This document shows positions 22,756-32,709 of a DNA stretch of 64,000 nt, in pieces; positions within the stretch are counted from its first letter, which is position 1; each line of letters opens with the position of its first letter. The notes under the pieces were generated by a model that was not told the DNA's origin, searched no databases, and worked only from the letters and a program-made list of their open reading frames with translations. The stretch is from the NCBI GenBank assembly GCA_030704615.1, contig CM060731.1, positions 47,926,001-47,990,000 on the forward strand. The letters run 5' to 3'. A program made the translations under genes and the position numbers. This DNA is from Takakia lepidozioides (taxonomy: Eukaryota; Plantae; Bryophyta).

Positions 22756-22840
22756 TGTGGCAGACTACTTTATTGTGCATATATGCGTGGTGTGGTTTGG
22801 ACAGCGATGTAGTTGTGTAGCGATATGTATGCGCAGGACA
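22756..22840 (+). repeat. Terminal repeat B2 (85 bp), right end of the element
   Basis: Direct copy of B1; followed by TSD GGGC. Confidence 0.92.
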
Positions 22841-23153
22841 GGGCAGATGATGCGTGCAGGGGTGAAGGCCAACCACATCACATCTGTTTGCGTTTGCAAT
22901 GTATGTGCGAGCTTGGCAGCCCTGGCATGTGAGGACACTATGTGAGGCAGGGCAACTAAAAGAGGCTCTACAGATTTTGAGCGAAGGAGGCATTTCTGCA
23001 GATTCACATACTTATGTTTGTCTCTTGCATAAGTGCATCAAGATGCAAGGCCTTGAAGCTGGAAAGCATGAGCACTCTCACATTCTCCAAACTGGATTCA
23101 ATCCCGATTCCCACCGTTTTTCTGCTCAACACCCTGGTCAGCAGGTATGTTAA
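22841..23153 (+). pseudogene. PPR fragment, 3' part, including a second copy of the 3516-3750 segment
   Basis: GQMMRAGVKANHITSVCVCNVCASLAAL, then TLCEAGQLKEALQIL...GFNP near-identical to 3516-3750. Confidence 0.85.
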
Positions 23154-24227
23154 AGGCGCCATCCTGGAGCCTCCGATGTGTCAGCAGAGATGCCCCCATC
23201 TCCGACCCCTGCCATCTCAATGTCTTTTCATGCTAAGGGAGAACACTCACCCCTTTTCCCAGCCTTGGCTGCTCCCCCCCCCCTCTCCTTGACAAACAGA
23301 TTTCACATTGTGTGCATTGAATTCTCATCACTTCCTGATGCTCATCTGCTTAATTTGTTCCCACATATATCACATGACTCCTCCCCAATACGATGGCCCT
23401 CTATCTTCACCATGCATATGCTGATTATCAAGCTCGTCTCTTTAAAGTGCATACACAAGGACTGGTCTCCTGATTCTACCAGTTTCAGCCCACCTCTACC
23501 TTATCACACTGGACCTCTTCATAAACATTTATTGTTTACATTCATGTGTATACTATTATACCAGAACCACACAATGTCTACCTAGCATGTATATTTCTCC
23601 CCAATTAAATGACAAGGTCTTGTTCCTTGATACCATCTACACCATATATTTGATGCCCCTTGATCACCGTTCTAATCATCATCTTCTTTTTTCAGGTTCA
23701 GTTTCAAGCAAGAATTACTCAGCATCATCGATCTCCCCCCCCAAGCTGCTTGGGCATTTGGGCTCTCCCTATTTCAAACAACCTCACACCAATATTACTC
23801 TCTACTCTCCATGATTTTACACCAAAATTTTTACTCCATGTTTCTAGTCAATGTCTCTCACAAGCACCACTTCACTATTCATCGTCTCCTAGACGATTAG
23901 CATCCATCATCTACTCGTCATCGCTTCCTAAAACTCTTATCCTTTAAAAAAAAAATTCTATAATACTTCATCGATATTATTATAGAAATGCTATGGGTAA
24001 AGTTGTTCATACTTACTACACTGTGAGATCCTTCAGTTGCTTCTTTGACTCATCTTTCACTACAAAAAGGATGTAAGATGTAAGAGGATCTGCGCTCAGA
24101 TGTACATAGCCAACTCCCGTCTCAAACTAAAATTTAGACAAGTATTTGTGCTTCACAATAAGAAGTAGAAGGAGAGAGACTTGAAACCAAATTGTGATTG
24201 TTGCTGTTGCGATGTTCCACCTCCTTG

Positions 24228-26692
24228 TCATGTGATGGGGTGCAGCGGCCAGTACACCTCACAGTGGATAGCATTTTGGACACAGGGAGGCAGTCTCAAC
24301 GTGTGAGACACGATGACCGTTCGCATTTGGCAGTGGTCAACAGGGTGGGTCAACCACGAGCAGCATTACCTACACTGCTCAGCTTCCCAGGATCCCATGC
24401 TTTTCGGGATGGTGGACCTAGCCTCTTGTGGGATAGCCAGTTGCAACAATTAGTGGAGCCCAATGTTGACGAGCGCGAGCGGTCGATTGGTTTTACCACT
24501 GGTACCATGGCGGTGCCATCTCTTTCTGAGGCATCACGTCGTCAGGTGTTGGGGCAAGCAATGGATCTCAATTGCTTGACCTGGATTATCAGCTTGGCTA
24601 TGGCTGAGCAGCGCAGAGTACAGAGTACACTTCCCTTCATGGTCTCCCTGCCTACCGAGACGATATAGGCAGCGAGTGGGGGCGAGCAGGTGAGGACCAC
24701 GAGGTGCAGGCCGCATCCATGGCACACGTGGGAGGTGCTCGAGGTTCAGAATGAGTTGGCAGCCAAGGCGGCGGTGATGGATCAGGTTGGGGATTTTTCT
24801 CGGGTTGAGGAGGTCCTCAAGGATGGGATGATGGGGCAGGGTGAGACATTGTCACTGATAGAGGAGGCAGTGGTCACTGCTCAAGAGGTTGCAGCATAGC
24901 AACCACGGGACGCGTCTTCTACCTCTAAGCCTGCTGAACTCAAGGTTGCAGTCACGGAGGACAACTAGGAGCCTGATGTTGGACCTATAGTCACCGGAGG
25001 AGAGAGACGACGTATACGGCGATTCTTGAGGGCTTAAAGGAACTGCTTTGCCTTCAGTTTGAAGGACTTAGGAGCACTGAAGGGTCAAGAGATTCGCATT
25101 GAATTGGCTACTGACACGCCAATCTTTCGGAGACCCTATAGATACAGTGACATGGAGAGGTCCTTGATTCAGATGAGAACTCAGGACCTTTGGGAGGCTG
25201 GTTTGGTGGAGCTATCTGGGGGAGAGTATGCTTCAGCCACAGTGATGTAAGCCAAGAAGGATGTCTATGGCAATTGGACGGAGAGACGTATGTGCGGTGA
25301 TTACCGGCCTGTAAATCGTCAGACCAAGTCCGATAGGTATGCTATGCCGACACCAGATGAGATTTTTGATGCCATTGGGCATGCTAAGGTCTTTAGCACT
25401 TTGGATTTATGATCCGGATATCACTAGTTGCCGATCAAGGAGGCGGATAAGCAGAAGACGGCATTCTGGGGGATCAATGAGCACGGGAAGGATTGCCTAT
25501 ACCAGTGGCGGTTCTTACCATTTGGGCTTAAAAACGCTCCTGCAGAGTTTCAAAGAGTCATGGACAGGATTCTAGCAGGGGTGGAGTTTGCTCGGTGCTA
25601 CATAGATGACATCATCATCCAGATTGAGTATCTGGGTCACATGATATATCCTGGAGGATTGGGGGTACAGCGGACTAAGGTAGAGTCCATTGCACAGATT
25701 CCACGCCCCATGGATGTGAGCCGAGTTTGAGCTTTCATGGGGTTAGCAAACTATTATAGACGGTTTGTCAAGGGATTTAATGCCATTGCAAAGGCTCTAA
25801 CCAAGCTGACCAAGGTGGATTAGGAGTGGCAGTGGGAAGATGAGCAAGAACGAGCTTTCCAAGAGCTCAAGGCGAGGTTGACCTCGGCGCCCATCTTGAG
25901 ACGACCTATCAGGGGGCGTCTTTTTCAGCTGCATACAGATTGGAGCATGCTGGGGCTTGGAGCGGTGCTCACACAGGTGGATGATGAGGGAAGAGAGTTC
26001 GTAGTGGCTTATGCTGGTCGCTCGAACAACGCTGCAGAGGCTAAATATAGCTCATATGAGGGAGAGTGTTTAGCTGCAGTGTGGGCCGTGGCACACTTCA
26101 GGTGCTATCTATATGACAATCTCTTCACCCTTGTCACGGATCACCAACCATTCAAGTGGTTGATGGAGTCAAACAAGCTTACGGGGAAGCTTGCACGGTG
26201 GGCACTAATCGTTCAAGAATATAACTTTCAGGTTGTGCATCGACCGGGTTTGGTCAATCGCAATGCAGATGGGTTGAGTCGCAATCCACGCACGAGCCAA
26301 TAGGATGATACTGGAGCTCGGTGGCATGGTGAGACGGACGAGGAGATGGTGCCCGGATGACATGCATTTGCATTTCTGTGTATCTTGGCAGCGGAAGGCC
26401 AGGTTGGACCTGCAACAGAAATGACTGTAGATCAAGTGTCTGAGGATCTTGAGGCCAGCAATGAGCAAGGTGGCGCCAAAGATATACATGAGGATTCAGT
26501 TGTGTTGGACTACCTCCGCAGTGGAGACACTGCAGCCACTGTGACTGCCAAGGAGAGGGATCAGATCCTACAACGAGCCAAGAGGTTCAAGTGGGAGGGG
26601 ACACACCTGCTCCGAGTGTGGGAGGATGGTCGAGTGAGGATTGTGCCTCACCCAACACAGCGGGCACGGTTAGTGCGGCATGCCATGAGGAG
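24228..26692 (+). pseudogene. Displaced pol block: MTase target-recognition region and motifs IX-X, reverse transcriptase, RNase H, integrase N-terminus
   Basis: EPNVDERERSIGF (IX) and RRQVLGQAMD (X). RT: RMCGDYRPVN, FSTLDL*SGYH, KTAFW, LPFGLKNAPAEFQRVMD, YIDD. RNase H: LHTDWS, YSSYEGECLAAVWAV, VTDHQ, NADGLSR. Ends at RIVPHPTQRARLVRHA(H)EE. Many stops, plus a deletion after YIDD. Left boundary approximate. Confidence 0.92.
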
Positions 26693-27834
26693 TACCTCTC
26701 CGCATGTGGATGGGAGGAATTCGGAACGGGAGGAATGGATTCCGAGTTTCAAAATCAATGTACCAAATTAATTTTACCCTTGACCACAAAAGAATTTCGA
26801 AGAGTAAGTTCAAACATTTATCCTTAGTACGGGTAAGGGTAAGTAAGTGTGGCTAGGTAAAGATATAGTCGTAAATATACTCTTGCACTCAGTGTATTTC
26901 CGGAAGTTTGATAAAACCAGAATTTTTGCCCTGAAAAAGCTGTTAGGAACTCATATTTTGGTCCTCCACTAAATTGTTATATGATAGAAAATTCTGAAAT
27001 GTTTTTGAGGTGGTAGCTTACCCAGTTGGCTCACCTTCTATACCTTCACTTCTAATGGAGCTATTAAAAGTAAAGAATGTTATAGCAATCAGTGGGACTT
27101 TCTTTACTTACTTTTCTGAGCACCGGTCATTCCTTTGCTGTCCATGCAAAACAAGAGACTTTGTGGGTGTGTTTGTTCATTGGGTGACTACATGTGAGCA
27201 TGCATTTCGTTTGAAGTGAACCAACCCTTCATAACTTACTCTCTGGAGTTGTAAAGTTGTGAGATTGGAAGCAAAACAAACACTTTGAACAACTTGTGAG
27301 GGCGGAAGATGAAGAAAGAAACAATTGTTGGTGCAATCATAAGTGAATAAAATGATCAAAGCCAAAGCCGCAGGCTTCAAGTACAGTATGAATTTCCGTG
27401 CCAAGATTTTGGGCATTTCATGTCTTGGGCCCAAATTGGCCCATCAAACAACAACGTCGTCCGACATTACGGAAGAATACATGCACAGTGTGCAGAGCAG
27501 CAGATGAGGAAGAGATGAATTCGCGAGAGGGTGTGGGTTTGAGGGGGTTTTAGACTAATTTGTTGAGATAAGGTTTGCCAGCTCTGTGTGGGCGGCGTGC
27601 TTATGTCTTTGAACTTTTGAACCTTCTGCGCTTCCGTCTGTTGTGAGCCCTAAGAGGAACAACCAAAAGCCTGCACTCAGTCTCGTGGGTTTTGGAGTTC
27701 GTTCAGATACTGCAATTGGGTTGCTTGTTATTGATTGACAAGCTTCAGGAAGCTTTTCAGGATGTGGGTTTCGTCAAAGTGGGTTTGACAGAGAGGCGGC
27801 TTAGTCAGGCACTGGGGGCAGGTGGAGTCCCCCC

Positions 27835-30800
27835 ATGGCTTCAGCTGCTCAGAGCTTGCGGCCCTCAGGCATATGCTTCTGCGCTTCTGTGGAGAACACA
27901 AACTTTGGTAGGAATAGTTCCAGGATTTTTCCTGGGGCGGAAGGTGCTGTGAGTTATGGAAGGTGTAGGCATATTTGTAGTGGCCATGGCAGAGAGCTCA
28001 GTCCTGGGTGCATGCGATGGGCTGCTTTGGTTTGGAGCCCCAGGAGATCGAGAAGGAAGCGGCGAATTCATCTGGGGAGCTGGCATTGTCTTCACGACAT
28101 GGTGCAGCAGGAGCTGAAGGATGGCCGAACTGGTTACTTGAAGTCGAGGAGTATGGCCAATGATGTTACTGAGAATGGAAGACGACCTGCCCATGGCATC
28201 AGAGATTCAGAGCCTGGCTTGCAAGACGACCGGGAGGAAGTGCTGGTAGCTAGCGAGGTAGGGACTAGTGGGAGACCAAGGAAGTCCAGAAGCTCAGCGC
28301 GAATGAATGGCTCCAGCGGCAGTGATGGGCGCAAAGTGACAAGGAAAAAAAAGCAGTCTTCAAAGACCGCACCCGATGAGGATGACATTACTACCAAGGC
28401 CGGTGGTTTTCTTAGTGATTACAGCGAGAGCGAGGTAGGCACGGATGTAGATGTTAGTGACGATGAGGTCCCAACTTTTTTGACTGGATCAGATGCTGAA
28501 GCAGGCAGCACTCAGGACAGTGCAGTTTCCTCAAGCATTGGAAGTAGGAGTACAACCGTAAGGGGTAATAAAGGGAATGGCGATGCCAGGCATTCCTCTG
28601 GTTCAAAAGGTGAGGTTTTTCCAGGAGAGGAAATTGACCTCCGGTTTATGTTTCTGGAGGCAGTTATGGAGCGAGCGCGAAACTCTGATGTAGAGGGCGT
28701 TGAGGAGGCTATGTTGGAGATGCAGATAGCTGGTATCAAAGCAGGCCCACGGGCTTATCATGGCCTTGTTGTGGGCTATGCTCGGGTAGGGGACACAGAA
28801 AGCGCGGTAATGTCCTCCACTTGCTCAACAAATTTGTGTTAACAGAAATATAAGGTTAACCTGATGCATCAAACTGCTGTTAAGTTTGCATGGTTTTCAG
28901 CTCGTTATCAGTGGAATCTAATCTGGAGACTGTTCACTCCACGTATATAACACAAACCAGACTCACACATTGCCACCAGACTCACATTTTGTCATGAACC
29001 AAACTTGATGATGGACAATTCAGCTCCAAGCCTTGCGGCGAACATTTGGAGCAGGAGCAAAACCATTGCCAGAGACATTTGTAGCACTGGCACGTCTGTT
29101 CGGCTCCAAAGGGCAACCCCAGCGTGGAGAAGAGATTCTAGCAGCCATGGAGAAGTTGGATCATGACCCACGCGTGGCCTGGCTTATTCTTGTTGGTCAG
29201 TACTGGGTTGCACAAGCAGTTTCTCTTAAATGTTATCTGAATCGTGGTGAAGCTGAGGGGATGAGCTTGGGAAAACTAAAAATTGCAGTATAAAGCTTGA
29301 GCTGATTTATTGGTTTGATTTCGTGAGTAGGGGGTCACACAGGGTGGTTATTGATTTGTTGCAATTACCTCGACTGCTTAATCCAGAGGAGCTCTTTAGG
29401 GCTGGCTGGCTGAAGGAGGCAAACGAAATTTTCCTCAAGGGGGCTAGAGGAGGGCTTCGTGCAACAAATGATGTCTATGATATGCTAGTGGAAGAGAACT
29501 GTAGAAGGGATGATCATGCCAATGCCATCGACATTCTTCGCTTCATGGAGTATGGTGGTCGCATGTGTACCACATTCCACTACAACTGCTTGTTGCTGGC
29601 ACAGGTAGTACATTACTTCACAAGTCCTCTTCTTGCAAGTAGACATGTAAAAGACAGCTAGTGGCTTGTGGGAAATAGACAGATCATGATTTGGACATCT
29701 GATCTTGAATTGTCTCATTGCATTGCTTGAGTATGATTTTCGTAGGTTTTCGTCCATCATTTCACGTAAGGTTTTTAAAGGACAAAAACTTCAGGGAGAA
29801 TTGCCATCTCATTATCCATCCCCGCATCAACTATTTTAAACTCCTGGTTTCAGTCAAATGTGTCTGTATGTGCACGTTGAAAGAATGTCTGTTGGTTGGA
29901 CCAGGCCAATGCGGGTGTGCCGGACATTGCAGCCATGACTTTTGAGAGCATGCAATATGGAAGAGGTTTGTATTCACCTGTGAAGGTTGCAGGGTTAGTC
30001 CATTATTCAAATCTGAGTAATCATGCTACATAATTCTTGAGAGACATCAGCCGCGGTTACATGCTAGGTATTGACGCAATTTTTTATTGGCTGTGTTAGA
30101 ACAGATGAGATGAAACCCGACACGGAATCTTACAACTGGTTGATACAGGCCCACACTCGCCACAAATTTGGTGACAGGTCAGCCTTCTATGTGAGCTTGG
30201 AATTTGCTTTATGTAGTGATTCTATGGGTGCACTACCAACACTGGGTCTACGCCCGTTTGTCCATTTGCCATACATCAGAGGCACCATTGTGGGTTGCAA
30301 AGTGAAGTTTATGACAGTTGATGCCAGTTCATAACCAGGCTTGATGGGTTCTTGTCAGAATGAAAATCTGGACTCTTACATATTTTGGTGTTTAATGTAT
30401 GGTAATGGTTGAGTTGGATAGGTGTCAGGAGGTTATTGATGTGCTTGGGGAGATGGTTGAAGACCATAAACGGGTCCTGCCAAACATGAAGACGTATGCG
30501 TAAGTATGAAATCTGCACGAGGGTTCTCTCTTGATCTTTCTTTATCTCTCACAGAGGTCTTCCATGATGAGGATTAGAAATACTTGGCAGCTTACCTGCA
30601 TGAGGCATTGACTCTTAGACACTTCCTTGAGCAATAGTTGCTTTTGGGCTGCTTGTGGAGGCTTCCTTTCTCTTTCTTGTTTCTTTCTTTCTCTTGTCCC
30701 ATAAGCTCTTTGAACTTTCCGAGACATTATTAAGTACCATTTCATTCATTTCATTTATCTATACTACTTGCAGACATGGTATCTAGTTGCATTCATGAAG

Positions 30801-32675
30801 CTTTTGTTTCCCTGCAACTCTTGCACAAATTCTGGAGTCAAGTGCTAGTGCACATGTCATGGGTTATAGAAGTTTCTCAATGAGTTTTTGCTCCTCTTCC
30901 AGGGTGATTCATCCATGTTGTATGGAAGTTTGAGGACACTGAGCAATTTACTTTGTGTCTTAATTATTCCTCATGCCATACAAACTGAGGTTCTGGCATG
31001 TTGGACTGGTAGATCTGGGATACAGTTGGGTTTCCAGCGGAGCTTACCTGGAGACTGTATTATCTGGAGGCTTCTATGCAGCAGGGCAGTTTGGGCAATT
31101 CTTGCATAATTGCGGGCATGACAGGGTACAGGGACAGAGGGAGGGAGGGAGAGAAAGAGAGAGAAAAGGGGTTAGGGAAGGGAGAGTGAATGAACAAAGG
31201 GAACTTTATGATGTCCGAAGGGAGCATAAGGATTTTATGGGACAAGATGCAAGCCTTTTCTATGTTCTATTACTCTCCATCAACACAGCTCTATTGTGGG
31301 CCTGACTTACCTACAGGCTCCTGATTGAGTGCTTCGCCAAATACGATCATGTGAATGAGGCTGTGCGACACTTCAGGGCACTTGTCAAGACTCCGTGTTC
31401 TATGCGCTTTCTGTACAATGAGGGCCATGGCAGAGAGACCGACCCCCTCTCCCTCTATCTACGGGCTATTTGTTTGGAGGGTATATACCACCTTCAACTT
31501 TGATTTACATTGCAACAGAATTCTTTTCTCATTAAAACTCCAAAAGTTCTAAGTAGATTGAACTAGGGGATCCCAAAAATAAAGGCTGTTGAATCATTTG
31601 GGTTTTATAATCTTTTTCCTGTTCTTGGGACCTTCGTGGCAAGACCCCTAGTGCAGGCCAAGGACGACAGGTGCTTGAACCACAGTGTTGGGGGGATGAC
31701 CATTGCTATTCCTCTCTCGATAAATTTTCTACTGAATGGATTTTGGAAACCTCCTGGAGCTCTTTTCACTTTCTCTCAAGCTATCTGTCCCGCTGTGTTC
31801 CTGGGTTCTTTTTTGCTGTTATTGCAGTTGTATAGATGAAATTTATCTGCGACATTCCTGCGGATTTTTAAAGAAAACTGAGATACAATTCATTGCATGG
31901 GGAATATTGGGATGTACAGGAAGAGCTGTAGAGTTGTTGGATGCCCTGGAAGCCATGATCAGGGACAACCAGCCAATTACTCGGAGAGCAATGCTAGTGA
32001 ACAGGAAGGGGCGTACGCTAGTCAGCTCTTGGATTGAGCCCATTCAGCAGGAGGCAGATCTGGGCTATGAGGTTGACTATGTTGCTAGGTACTGATGCTA
32101 GGTACTATGTTGTGCATGTTGGTCCTTGTGTTTTTATGCCCTGAGAAGCAGAAACAAATAAGTGTTTGCATGTGGCTGATCAGCTTTGGTTCAGTTTGAT
32201 CATTAAATGCTGATGCCCTGGCCTTGTGGCCATTGACCCCGCGCCCAGTTTGAGCTGAACACAAAGGGACAGAAACTACCTTTTCCAGTGGCTGACTCCG
32301 GTAGTATGACTTACCTTGGAACAGGCAATTTATCCTAGATATCCAGATATCCTTTATATTCTTTATCTTCTTATTTTCCAGATATCCTCTAGAAAGCCCT
32401 TTACACAAGCATCATCGTCTGTGTGTGATTTGTCCGATAACTAGGCCCCAAAAGGGGGCTTTTGGCTCAGCCTCGAGATTTTCAAAGTTGGTAAACAGAG
32501 ATACAGGAACAATTCCCTTGATGGATTTGAAGAGGGCGTCTCTCTGGTGAGAGTACTCAGTATAATGAATCAGAAAATGGATATCTTCAGGGTGCCCATA
32601 CAACGGGCATTTGCAATCCCCTTTCCTCTCTGCATCTGATTGCTGTCCAAAGGTAGGCTTCCAACCCTAAGATGA

Positions 32676-32709
<34 letters not shown>

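Larger units (their letters stand above)
3880..22840 (+). mobile_element. Ty3/gypsy-type retroelement encoding a C5 DNA methyltransferase and a PHD finger, with split direct-repeat termini (A...B-A-B); decayed, internally deleted, carrying a nested CACTA
   Basis: Ends are TGTC...GACA. The 4-bp TSD GGGC is at 3876-3879 and 22841-22844. Removing the element restores the PPR frame ALETYG-QMMRAGVKANHIT. Internal gag CCHC, DSG protease, MTase motifs, DDE integrase and PHD are present. Confidence 0.88.

Noticed and set aside
3880-22840. Classification as a DIRS/PAT/Ngaro tyrosine-recombinase element
   Set aside because: Despite split repeats it has a DDE integrase, an aspartic protease, a PPT and a 4-bp TSD. 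No tyrosine recombinase motifs are seen, and the MTase is C5-type rather than the DAM-like domain of DIRS.
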